Positions 25,524 through 37,244 of a DNA stretch of 64,000 bases are shown in pieces (position 1 is the first letter of the stretch; every line of letters begins with the position of its first letter). The notes beneath the pieces are model-generated. The model did not search any database, was not told the DNA's origin, and was given only the letters and a program-made list of their open reading frames with translations. Source of the DNA: Octopus sinensis (lineage: Eukaryota); NCBI RefSeq assembly GCF_006345805.1, contig NC_042998.1, forward strand, positions 175,584,001 through 175,648,000, given 5' to 3'. The position numbers were made by a program, and so were the translations under genes.

Positions 25524-26768
25524 TTCTAGAGTGAGTCAGTTTGATGGTATTTATCCTTCTCAAAGTTCTATGCACAAGTTAACTTGAGGTCTTACAAGCT
25601 AGCAAAACACTTGTAAGCAACTTCAATGTAAAACTGACAGCAGTCAGTTATCCCTTCCAATTACCAATTTACTTCATTTGCTTACTATCGTTTATGCTTA
25701 AGGTATGAGTTTATATGCATTCATATTCTAATGAATTGATGTTTTTTTAATCTGATATTTAAAACCAGTTTCTGTAGTATTCACTAAATGAGAATAGAGG
25801 GGGTCTCAGGTCTCTGGATGTTGAACACCAGTTGAAACAGAATCGTTCAAAGAAAAGATAAATACTTCATGAATCTATATATTCTATCATCACTAAAAAG
25901 TTCTCTGCTCTCTACTTATACCAATTTAACACTCGTCTCCTAAAATCCATTAAAAAAAACATTTTTCTTAAACCTATTTTCATTAAAACTTTATCTATCT
26001 CGCTCTCTGTTCCTGACCAATGAAATTATTAATGCAAGAATTCAAATTGAACCTTAACTGCACTGCTTTCATTCAGCTATACTTATCCACTAGCATGGAA
26101 GAACTTTGAAAGGCAAGGGGCACTATGCCTTCTATATGATTTCATTTTTGAAAACAGTGCTCAGCTTATAAATTTGCTTGGAAAGAGATAGCTACAAGGC
26201 TAGGCAGTATTAAATAAAACTGGTTTATTTTGGAGGAGGGAAGTAAAAAGTTGAGAATTGTTCACAAGAAACTAAATAAAAACACAGAAAAGATGAAAAA
26301 AACAATGTGTGGAAAAGAAATTCGCACATGAAAGAAAAAGAGAGTCTGTAGAAGGGAGGAGAGAAAAACAGATAGGTGGGAGGTATATGTCTTAGCAGAT
26401 GCTTTATGGATGTAAGAAAATCTCAGTTCAGCTTTATGTAAGGAAAAAAAACAACTTTTATAACAAATCTTCATATTGCAGGTAATATTTGACAAAAACA
26501 GAATTCAATATAATTCTGCAGTCATTCCTTGCCTCTTTCAACAGATGTTTGATCAATGAGAAACATCGCAGTTAACAGGTTTAAATTTTTGATACAAACA
26601 AATTATAAAATAAATAAAAGACTTTACATTCCATGACTCAAACAGTGTACAATACATTGTATTTTGAGACAAACCATTCTATAACATGCAGAGCTGGATC
26701 AAGCTAATGTATGACCAGTACCATATGTTATAATGAGGACCTAAGTTTAAAACCTAGCAATTTTATTG

Positions 26769-26799
<31 letters not shown>

Positions 26800-26802
<3 letters not shown>

Positions 26803-28521
26803 AAATAAGCAACAAAAATATCCAGAGGTAATGCAGTACCTTAAAAGGTATGCACCCACTAGATTTGTGATTTCAGCCGAGTCACTTGAGCCCATAGCTG
26901 TATCAAAGTTTTCTGGGTTATCAGCTCTTGTCCAAAGTTTGCCCTCAAATTCTATGATAGTTCTAGCTAACAGAATAATATCAATTTTATCCCTAGTTAT
27001 AAGAGAGGTTTTTAGCAAAAATAAAAGACTTATTGAGAAGAATGGGGGATATACTTGAATAATTACTATTAATGTCAAATTGGATAAAAGAATAATCTTA
27101 TCAATGGATTTAAACCAATGAATTACCTCATCTTTATCAATCCATAATTTTAGAGTTAGATTGGGAATTATAAGGGGTAGAATATTGTCAAGAATAGACT
27201 TGCTAAGCTGACCAATGTCAGACTCATTCGGGCAAATTAGTCTTACAGTAGGGTTATCCTGGAAGTTCTTAAGGTCCTTCAGATTAATCCTATGTTCACT
27301 TGGTGTTAGTGGGTCAGTTCAGTCTGCCAAGTTGTATTCCATCATAACTTCCTTGATTTTCAAATTGATATCTAATAGATTCTTTTTTTCATGTTATTTC
27401 ATATTTAGCATTGAGTTCCTTCATTACAAGTTTCCTATAGGTGGTATAGTCAAGCCTATATAAGTTTCCAGTTTTATCTGCTGGGACCAGAATGCCTGGT
27501 TTGTTATGCAATGCCTTTATAAATTCCTTTAGTTTCCTCAGATGTAAGTTTTTTCTAAGTGGGTGTTCCTTGAATTTTACATTCGCTACTAGATCAAACA
27601 AGTCTTTTTCAAAATTTTCCAGTGGAGGATTTTTTCTGCTTTTGAATATCTTATAATAATTCTTCCCATGTGTTTCTAGAGTTCCATTTTTCTTTTTAGT
27701 ATCATGATGGTAAGTAATCAATATTCACAGATACCATTTGATGAGTTATATATTTATACATATTGTACACTTAAATACTAACTATTTCTGGATAATTTCT
27801 TTTTCTCCTATTGTGGTAAAAGTTTGGTATATACCCCCAAAGTATTCATAAATTTCTATCCTTTTGTTATAATCTTAATAATCCTTTGAATAACCCTTAA
27901 CTCTAACTGTATACAATATAGCAACATTCTTTAAAACATTTAACTATAGTACTACATGATAAAACTTCCCTTGTTTCATTGTCAATGGTCTGCTTGTAGG
28001 TGACCCCCTTAATTGTCAGCTAACATCTTGTTTTAAGTTTTCCTTTACCAAACCTCATGATATTGCTTCTAATAAATCTTGATTTTTATGACTATACCAA
28101 CTATGATGTCTGTCTGCTCCCTCAGCCCCACCCCTAACAGATACTGCCCTCTGTTCTCTCAGCCTTAGATAAACAAGGGATTTGATAAACTAGTCTATAA
28201 ATTAAAACTGATGCCATAAAAACAAAAAAAATCAGTGACAGGCAGAGTCTGCAACAATGTATATCTTCTTGAAAACTTAGTAACTTCTATGCTGGAGTGA
28301 GACAGCATGTTCTTCGTCTGTCTCCTTAACTACTTGGAGATTTTAGGCATAATTATACTAATGTGTCCATCTGTTCTAATTTAATTAAATTCTATGTTTT
28401 TGTGCAGCTGAAGATTGCTCTGCATTTTAAATTGATATAATGATTGCATTGTTCAATTAAATGGAGTTGCATGAAACGATTGTTCCGCATTACCTCTGGA
28501 TATCCTTGTTGCTTATTTTGA
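26800..28521 (-). mobile_element. Penelope-like retroelement remnant: RT on -, inverted pLTR segment on +, 40-nt inverted termini
   Basis: Minus translations VPADKTGNLY, NFQDNPTVRLICPNESDIG and FDTAMGSSDSAEITNLVGAYLL match PLE RT motifs (ADKT.N.Y, P..RLI.P..S.IG, FDV.MGS.DGAE.C.LVG.YLL). Termini 26800-26839 and 28482-28521 are 36/40 identical in inverted orientation. Confidence 0.9.
28402..28490 (+). ncRNA. Type I hammerhead ribozyme-like motif in the PLE pLTR
   Basis: GTGCAG-CTGAAGA-(T)TGC..long stem II..GCA(T)-GAAAC-gatt-GTT-CCGCAT. Core boxes intact, short stem III, stem I has one A-C mismatch. Confidence 0.7.
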
Positions 28522-28598
28522 TTTTAATCACCTTACTTTGAACTTGTATAGATAACACCTTACTAAATTCTGGTGCCTCAACTCAAGTACCATATTCA

Positions 28599-28637
<39 letters not shown>

Positions 28638-29274
28638 ATGAATACTTATTCTGTAAATTTTGATTTTGTTTTTGATCAAACCTTAACTGCTACAACATTA
28701 CCTTAAGTACACATATACAGCATTGTTACTTATGCAACTAAGATGCACAACTCTAATATAAATGCGTTTTATAGTCTAATGTTTAAAATGTGACTATTAA
28801 ACTTATTATTTGTGTTACAATTTTGTTGAATGGCATAAAATTAAAGTCAAATCTGTACACAATGAAATGTTTCTTACCTGTTTAAAAATACAGATTTGAT
28901 TAATGGGGATGGTTAGCATGATGGTGAATATAGACATCATAATAATCTGATTCATTCAACTGATTTTATGAGGAAAATAACAATTAAGCTCAATTATTGT
29001 ATCACAATATAAAAATAAAAAATAACTCAAATCTGTACATTTACAATTGCCTTTTAATTTGACTTCTGTAATGTGTTTAATTTAAAGTTGTTTGGGATCT
29101 TGGAAGTATTGTGAGTATTGGATCAACCTAAAACACCCAGTGGTTAATAAAGGCTGAAGGCAGTATAGTACTATAGTAATAAAAGATTTAGTTCTGAATC
29201 CTTAAAAAAGTAGGACCTGCAACATGTGCTGCAATTACTACAAGATAAATCCATCACTGATAACATGTCAGTAT

Positions 29275-29280
29275 TTTATT
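29275..29280 (-). promoter_or_regulatory. Candidate BIN3 polyadenylation signal AATAAA
   Basis: First canonical AATAAA found downstream of the stop, conserved in copy B (about 56768). Usage is not demonstrable from DNA. Confidence 0.35.
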
Positions 29281-29305
29281 TTTCTCATCAATGAATACAT
29301 ATTTT

Positions 29306-29636
29306 ACAATCTTGGAACCTGCATTTCGCAATCTGGGACATGCATCTCATAATCTGGGATACATATTTCAGAATCTGGGGTATGTGCTCTACAATCTGGG
29401 ACTCTCATCACACACTCTAGGGCATTCATTTACAACCTAGGATATGCATCTTACAATCAAGGGCATGCATCACACAATAAGGAGCATGAATTGCAATCTG
29501 GCATATATGTAACAATCTGGGACATGCATTACACAATTTAGCACATGAGTAACAATCTGAGACATGCATCTCACAATCTAGGGCATGCATTACACAATCT
29601 GGCACATGTGGGGCACAATCGGAGGTATATATTTCA
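29306..29636. repeat. Degenerate 19-22-bp minisatellite (ACAATCTGGGACATGCATCTC-like), about 16 units
   Basis: Recurrent ACAATCT.G..CATGCAT core. Shorter array of about 7 units in copy B at 56799-56943. Confidence 0.88.
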
Positions 29637-29940
29637 CATAAATTAGTCATACGCTACAATACAGTATCATATTTCACAGGATGAAATTTCATGATAAAAG
29701 TAATGTGATGACATTTATGAAACAACAAAATATTCCAATGACTGTGTAGAACAATCTTTGTTATTGAGTCACTCCAATAGTTAGTAGTTTGCCAAATTTA
29801 AAGTAGTCCAATGTTTAAAATGGATTTCTTCAGTGGATTTCATATGAATAAACTTCATTCATTATATAAAAAGGTATTTGATTTTTTTCCCTCATATAAA
29901 ATCTCTTTTGATTTAATATTAATTAATATAAAGTAATTAA

Positions 29941-30081
29941 TCAGTCAACTATGGACAATGTCTTTATATCTGAAAGTTTCTGTTGTATTCTGTTGCCATA
30001 TTCTTCACTAGTGTATGTCTCTGGGGCAAGATGGCCAGCTAACTCACTATAGATTTTGTAACATTCAGAGTTGTAGGCAAC
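29941..30081 (-). CDS. BIN3: BIN3 copy A exon 10 (VAYNSECYKIYSELAGHLAPETYTSEEYGNRIQQKLSDIKTLSIVD*)
   Basis: cttttcag acceptor, 141 nt to TGA. Matches the BIN3 C-terminus (KLSELRALSIVADD in human, from memory). Confidence 0.96.
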   Translation of the reverse strand, partial: VAYNSECYKIYSELAGHLAPETYTSEEYGNRIQQKLSDIKTLSIVD

Positions 30082-30979
30082 CTGAAAAGAAAAAAGAAAA
30101 AAAAGTCAATGATTAAAACCTCCATTATTGATTTCTTTAAGCAATGACAGATTTATCCTAATTAAATATCGCCCACTTCTTATGACATCAGTACTCACTT
30201 CTTTACCCAATCACGACTAAGGAGACTAGTACCCAAGCCATTGGCACATAAAAAGCACCCACTATACTGTTGGAATGGTTGGCATTAGGAAGGACATCCA
30301 GCTGTAGATCAAACTGGAACCTGGCATAGCCCTAGAGCTTACCAGTTTCAATCAAACAATTCAACCCATGCCAGCATGGAAAATGGACATTAAATGATGA
30401 TGATGGCAGTGTGGTTAAAACGTTTGCTTCCCAATCATATGTTTCTGGGTTCATCCCACTGCATGGCACTACAGGCAAGTGATTCATGCAATAATCTTGG
30501 ATGATTAAAGTTTTGTGAGAGGTTGTAATATGAGGGAGCTGAAAGAAGACCATTGTGTATATACACTTGTGTGTGTGTGTGTGTATGTTTGCTTCTCCTA
30601 GTCTTGGGATTAGATGATAGCTGTAAAGAATTATCACTGTCACACAAGCAATGCTATTCAATTACTTTACTGTGAAAACATGTCTGAACATGGGGAAATA
30701 TTACCTTGCTTGGAAACATGTGAGGATTGTTGAGAGGAAGGTTATCTAGCTCTAAAAAACTGCCCCAACATCTCTCATCTGACCGATGCAAATACAGAAA
30801 ATTCAATGTTATAATGACAACAATGAGGTACAAATAACTTGACTTCGAATTGCATTACTTGACTCCAGCCTCACCAAATAAGAAAAAAATCTTGGTTGCT
30901 AGGATACAATAGTGTGTGTGTGTGTGTGTGTGTGTGCGTGCGCGCGCGCATGTGTAAAATCTTATAATATGAAACCAAC

Positions 30980-31114
30980 CTGAGATTTGATTAATGCTTC
31001 AATACATGGTTGATAGTAACTAATTCGGAGATCATATAGTTTAGGCATATCTTCCATTAAGATTGTGTGTAGTTCATAGAACTCTTCTTTGGCTGGCGTC
31101 AAGGATTTCTGGCT
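30980..31114 (-). CDS. BIN3: BIN3 copy A exon 9 (SQKSLTPAKEEFYELHTILMEDMPKLYDLRISYYQPCIEALIKSQ)
   Basis: tatcag / gttggt, 135 nt phase 0-0. E.MP..Y..R..Y.QP..E.LI..Q motif. Confidence 0.97.
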
Positions 31115-32339
31115 CTGATAGAATTTTACAAAAAAACAAACAAACAAAAGAACACAAAATAATCACTCATTTAAAAGACAAAGTACATACAGAGTGTATA
31201 AAGATAAAAAGAAATTGGCATCTTTGATTAAGGTACAATTGATGTTTGTTAACATAATTGATGAACACTAGCTTAAGACTAGTTGCTAGGTCATCTGGCT
31301 AGATATAGCACTTAAAAGGTCCTTGAAATCAGCTTCTGTCTTGCAAGAAGAAAAGACACGCTGGATAATGTAGTGGTGGATAAACCATACATGAAAATAA
31401 GACAGAAAGCCTTTGAATCATATGTTTGCTTGATCACAGCTGTCAGGGACTAAACAAACAGCCCAAATGTAGAATTGAAATCTTTTACCTCTCCTGAGGT
31501 TCAGAGTCCAATGGCTTTCTAAACAATAGTTTTTTTCTATCTTTTATCCATTTTCTTATGCTGACATGAGAATAATAGTTTTGAAAATGTAGACTTTGTA
31601 CACTATTGCTTATATAGATAAATTCTTACAGCTATTCTTCCACCAATGAAGTAGAGTGGAATCTGTTAGTTCAATAGGGAGACTAAAGTAAACAGATATC
31701 CTTTCAACCATAGATCAGAGTGGAATCTGTTAGTTCAACAGAGAAACAAAGGTAACAGTGAGAGAGAAATATTTAACAGAAACAGAAGGAAGCTATGTAA
31801 GATTCATATGCAGTTTATTAACTCTATGACAAATGGGCTCTTCAACCGAAAGTGTTATTTTTTGCAGGTATGACAGTGTGATTAAGAAGCTTGCTCCTTA
31901 AATGTGTGGTCCCTGATTCAGTACCATTGTGTGGAACAAGAGTTTTCTGCTATACCCTCAGGCCAACCAGAACCTTGTGAGTGAATTTAGTTGACAGAAA
32001 CTGAAAGATGCCCAGTGTGTGTGTAAATGGATGTATGATTGCTACTGTTGAGTTTAGAGCTCCACGTACATTATCATCATCCAGTCTTCTTCCAGTATAG
32101 TGGTTTAGTTGCTACTATATTTAATAGTATTACTACTTATGATATACAGGGAGTATATGTAGGATAAACTGTGATAAACACAAGTTTATACCATTCGTTC
32201 GTATGTTTTTAACAGTATTGAACATATAGGAGAAAATGAGGTTAGGGCTGTGAATATTTGAAACCACTGCTGAGTCGAGATACTTGTATTTCAGATACAT
32301 TAACTAGATCTTTCCTTCTTCTTCTAGAAGGTCACACCA

Positions 32340-32480
32340 AGCTAAGCCTAATCGTTAAGCGGGTCTTGGTTTGGATTAATATTCCCTCAGTTCTGGAGCC
32401 AGCGGGATTATCCAGAAGTGATGGAAAGAAACCTGATGGTCTTACCCTCAGTCCCTGGGTTAGAGGTAGGTGCCTCTAGC
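32340..32480 (+). mobile_element. CRE/R2-like non-LTR element fragment, restriction-like endonuclease region
   Basis: IPSVLEPAGLSRSDGKKPDGLTLSPWVRGRCL matches the LEP.GL.R.DGKRPDG.T..PW..G RLE motif. Absent from copy B. Confidence 0.8.
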
Positions 32481-32891
32481 AGAATGACCCATGGTGTTTT
32501 CCTTGATAAAACACCATGTGTCATTCATGAGAGAAAAGGAAGACAGTTTGTTGTTACCTTTCTTCAGATATTTTTTTATAAAATGCAAGCTACAAAGAAG
32601 TTGACCACACCTGCCTGGGCACTTGGAACATAATGGTCCAGAACAAATACCACAAGGTATTTTGCTCAACACTAACAATTCAGTTAACCTACCAATCTAG
32701 ACAAGTACTTTATTTTATCAACTCTGGAAAGATGGAAAGCAAAATTAACATTGGTGTGACATGAACTCACAACATAAAGCATTGAAACAAGCTGCAAAGT
32801 ATTTTCTTCAAGATTAACATTTTTGTCAATTACGTAAAGATATGGTGGTGATTATAATAAAAACATTGCAAAGATAACAAGTGAACAATAC

Positions 32892-32972
32892 CTGATTTAG
32901 CTTAACAATATTGTTTCCAGTACGTTCACGTTCTTGGTACTTTTTGACCTTAGCTTCACACCTTTTGTATTC
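32892..32972 (-). CDS. BIN3: BIN3 copy A exon 8 (EYKRCEAKVKKYQERERTGNNIVKLNQ)
   Basis: gcttcag / gtattg, 81 nt. Aligns to human DYRRLQAKVEKYEEKEKTGPVLAKLHQ. Confidence 0.97.
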
Positions 32973-33316
32973 CTGAAGCAAACAGAATCATTAATCAGTG
33001 AAAATCATTGATAATGGGGTTTAGATATAAAGAACAAAGTTCACAGATAAGAGATTACTTCAACCAATGGCCTAGTGTAGCCACAGCCCTCTGGACAAAA
33101 TTAGTGAAAATATAATCCTAATCTTGAATAGGCACAAGTATGGTTGTGGTTGAGAAGTTTGCTTCCCAATCACATGGTTTTGGGTTCAGTCCAACTGTGT
33201 GACACCATTGGTCAGCTGGGCTGACCAAAGTCTTGCAAGTGAATTTGGTTGATGGAATCTGAAAGAATCCTAACAATCATATGAAGTCAAAGCAAGGAGA
33301 CAGTAACACATACACA

Positions 33317-33364
<48 letters not shown>

Positions 33365-33857
33365 ATATATATATATGAAAAACTTCTTTCAGTTTCTTTC
33401 TACCAATCTATTCACATTTGCCCAAGGTGTCATGCAAAGGGATTGAACCTGAAGACATGTGGTTGGGAAGCAAAAATTTTGCCACATCCACAAGTTGGTA
33501 AAAAATATACAGTGAAATTTATAAGTTTTGCTAAGTTTATAAGGAAGGGTGGGGAAAAGAAGAATTTGAAGTCTAGAAACTATCATTTTCTTTCGCAGAC
33601 AATGAGATAGTGTTGAAACATCAGATTCCTCTTCTTCCTAATTTAACCAAATTCCAGAAGCTATTGATGTTTTAATCAGTAAGACATTGATACGACATAA
33701 CCAACTGAGTTTTAGGCTTCTGAATGTAAGAAATTTTAGTGTTTTAAAAATATGCTAATCAGTTACTTTATGATACATCTCCTTCTCCAGGTAAGTATTT
33801 AGAATCAAAGAGATTCTAAACAGAATAAAACATATAAAAATAAATAACAGTACAAAC

Positions 33858-33918
33858 CTCCAAAGCTTGTTCCCGCTTTTTTTCAGCTGCATGAAGACTG
33901 GGGAATATACTACTAAAC
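33858..33918 (-). CDS. BIN3: BIN3 copy A exon 7 (K-FSSIFPSLHAAEKKREQALE)
   Basis: ttacag / gtttgt, 61 nt phase 2-0. Aligns to KFGSVFPSLNMAVKRREQALQ. Confidence 0.96.
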
Positions 33919-34434
33919 CTGTAATGACAACAAGCAGTTGTATTGATATTACTGACGCAACAAAATTTTAATGTAATATTTTTCAATAAAATAAATTCAT
34001 TTTAACCAGGGATGAGCTACCTAGGTAGGCAATTATGAAAATTACTATACATCACTATACATAAAATGCAAAATATTTTATTTTCTTGTAGATAATTTGC
34101 CCCTGCTTTTCAATCTCAGTATTTAAGCTACACATAGTACTGCTGTAGTATACATGCTGCGTACACTCCTACAACACTGTTTTCTTTATATGCTACAAAA
34201 GTAAAAGTAAATCTGCCTTCAACTCAGGTGTGCATATGTGTTTTGCTTATTCTTTGTGCGTTTAGCTACATAAAGGTCACCAACTGCATACTCGAGTAAT
34301 TACTGATGGCACATGCCTGATTTTAATGTTGAATATAACTAAAAACCCGACGTCTCGCTTCTGAAATTTTATTGAGAAAATATATGTAAAAAATGTTCAA
34401 GAAAAACAAAAACAAAATAAAGCACACTGTTTAA

Positions 34435-34712
34435 ATCTCTTTTACTTGTTTCAGTCATTTGACTGCGGCCATGCTGGAGCACCGCCTTTAATCGAGCAAC
34501 TCGACCCCGGGACTTATTCTTTTGTAAGTCCACTACTTATTCTATCGGTCTATTTTGCCGAACCGCTAAGTAACGGGGACATAAACACACCAGCATCGGT
34601 TGTCAAGCAATGCTAGGAGATAAACACAGACACACAAACACACACACGCATATATATATATATATATATATATACACGACGGGCTTCTTTCAGTTTCCGT
34701 CTACCAAATCCA
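34435..34712 (-). mobile_element. 5-prime-truncated tRNA-SINE
   Basis: Tail and body match 35773-36175 closely. Confidence 0.88.
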
Positions 34713-35054
34713 CAAATCAGATGATTTTTCTATCATTTAACCACTGTGCATTTAGTCCATGTGGAATTTGTTTTTGCTTAGTTGGAAAAGTGCAACAAGC
34801 TCAGTGGTTGAACTTATGTCGTCCAGAATCTTAACTTTTATGTAGTGATCTATGTAGTATACAACAGGTGTTGTCAATCTTTCATCATTGTGACCCAATT
34901 CTGTATGGTTGTTTTTAAATATTCAAATAAAAAAAATATAATTTTCCAAGAATCAAATAAAATTAACATTTAATATTTTTGCAGAGGAAATATTCTTGTT
35001 TTCATTTGCAGTGAATGTTGTACTGTAGCTCTTATGCCTATCGTTTATCAATAG

Positions 35055-35447
35055 TATTACTCTTTTACTCGTTTCAGTCATTTGACTGCGGCCATGCTGG
35101 AGCACTGCCTTTAGTCGAGCAAATCGACCCCGGACTTATTCTTTGTAAGCCCAGTACTTATTTTATTGGTCTCTTTTGCTGAACTGCTAAGTGACGGGGA
35201 TGTAAACACACCAGCATCGGTTGTCAAGCAATGCTAGGGGGACAAACACAGACACACAAACACATACATATATATATACATATATATATACGACAGGCTT
35301 CTTTCAGTTTCCGTCTACCAAATCCACTCACAAGGCATTGGTCGGCCTGGGGCTATAGCAGAAGACTTGCCAAAGATGCCACGCAGTGGGACTGAACCCG
35401 GAACCATGTGGTTGGTTAGCAAGCTACTTACCACACAGCCACTCCTA
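35055..35447 (-). mobile_element. Full-length tRNA-SINE
   Basis: Head, body and tail as at 12960. Inverted relative to 35773-36175. Confidence 0.9.
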
Positions 35448-35671
35448 AACATTTAATGTTTTATAAAATATTTCAAAAAACTTTGCAACATATTCAGGGT
35501 TATATTGTAACCCACAAGTTGAGACTTATTACTGTATAAGAAACAGCAATGCATCTTACAAGAGGAAATAGTTTTCATTCAACCACCTTCAGTAAAATCA
35601 GGTGAATTTGGCATTACTATCAAGTATTAAGTTTGATATCTCCAGAGTTAACACAAATACCACTAAGATTT

Positions 35672-36853
35672 TATTGGGTTGTCTGGAAAGTTCGTGCCGA
35701 TTTATAGTAGTTTACCTTTCGAATTATTTTATGCATACAGAACCATAAAATTATTTTATGCAAAACAACCATAGGTGCAGGAGTGGCTGTGTGGTAGGTA
35801 GCTTGTCTACCAACCACATGGTTCTGGGTTCAGTCCCACTGTGTGGCACCTTGGGCAAGTGTCTTCTACTATAGCCTCGGGCCGACCAAAGCCGTGTGAG
35901 TGGATTTGGTAGACGGAAACTGAAAGAAGCCCGTCGTATATATGTATATATATATGCATGTGTGTGTGTTTGTGTCTGTGTTTGTCCTCCTAGCATTGCT
36001 TGACAACCGATGCTGGTGTGTTTATGTCCCTGTTACTTAGCGGTTCGGCAAAAGAGACCGATAGAATAAGTACTGGGCTTACAAAAGAATAAGTCCCGGG
36101 GTCGAGTTGCTCGATTAAAGGCGGTGCTCCAGCATGGCCGCAGTCAAATGACTGAAACAAGTAAAAGAATAAAAGAATAATACAGAATTGGGTCACAATG
36201 ATGAAAGATTGACAACACCTGTTTTATACTATGAAGATCACTACTTAAAAGTTAAGATTCTGAACAACATAAGTTCAACCACTGAGCTTATTGTACTTTT
36301 CCAACTAAGCAAAAACAAATTCCACTTGTACTAAATGATTCAGTGGTTAAATGAGTCTATAAAATAGGATTTGACTACACCTCCATTTAGAGCACAATTT
36401 AAGTTATCTTTTCATGGAAGAAGGTTTATGTTCCTATAACCTGTGTTAGTTCTGAAATCCTTTAAAATGGAAGATAAGAAAGTTCATTTTTGGCACTTGA
36501 TGCTTCGGGAACCAGACAAAAATTGCTGCAGCTCGGCTGGGATGTGTTACCCTACCATCCATATTCACCAGATATTGCTCCTTCAGATTTCCACTTATTC
36601 AGGTCTCTGCAGAATAGTCTTAATGGTAAAAATTTCAATTCCTTGGATGATGTAAAAAGATACCTTGATGAATTCTTTGTCATGAAACCACCTCAATTCT
36701 GGGAAGAGGGTATTTTGAAGTTAAAGGAAATATGGATATGCATTGTGCAACAAAATGGTTCATATTTGGTTAATTAAAAAATGTAATGGCAAGTATTTAT
36801 TGACTTTTTTCTTTCCTTTAAAAATCGACATGAACTTTCTGGACAACCCAATA
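35672..36853 (+). mobile_element. Internally deleted mariner with both TIRs, interrupted by a SINE
   Basis: TATTGGGTTGTCTGGAAAGTTCGTGCCGATTT / AAATCGACATGAACTTTCTGGACAACCCAATA. ORF 36490-36777 has WDVLPYHPYSPDIAPSDFHLFRSLQN. Confidence 0.9.
35773..36175 (+). mobile_element. Full-length tRNA-SINE nested in a mariner
   Basis: GGTGCAGGAGTGGCTGTGTGGTAGG A-box, GGGTTCAGTCCC B-box, (AAAAGAAT)n tail. Confidence 0.9.
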
Positions 36854-37203
36854 TTATAGTTGATACTCTCAACTACAAAATGCTCTATCTAGGCAAAAGA
36901 TAGCACGAAAAGTATCCCCAAAATACATCAACTTAACAAGATATCAATAAGCTAGTGATAGACAAAACTACTGTATATACTTGCAGAGAAGCCACTTTTT
37001 TTTTCCACTAAAAAAACCAGCATCAAAGACTGTCCTCAAATAGCAAAGCTGGCCTTGAGACTGAAATGCACAGTACACATTAATACACACACACACACAC
37101 CTGTTTTTGTATGTGGCCTTGTGCCAATATTAAAATTCAACATTAGCAAATGCCAGAAACATCAGATTTACAATAATAGACAAGTTGAAGAAAATGTACT
37201 TAC

Positions 37204-37244
37204 TTTTTGACGGGTTCCACTAGCGTCTTTTGGATGTTGGAATT
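37204..37244 (-). CDS. BIN3: BIN3 copy A exon 6 (NSNIQKTLVEPVK-K)
   Basis: cattgatag / gtaagt, 41 nt phase 0-2. Aligns to VNQIQKTVIEPLKK. Confidence 0.95.

Larger units (their letters stand above)
28976..33283. repeat. Segmental duplication, copy A (BIN3 exons 8-10 and downstream region)
   Basis: Collinear, mostly over 90 percent identical by eye to 56434-64000 apart from TE insertions. Confidence 0.97.
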
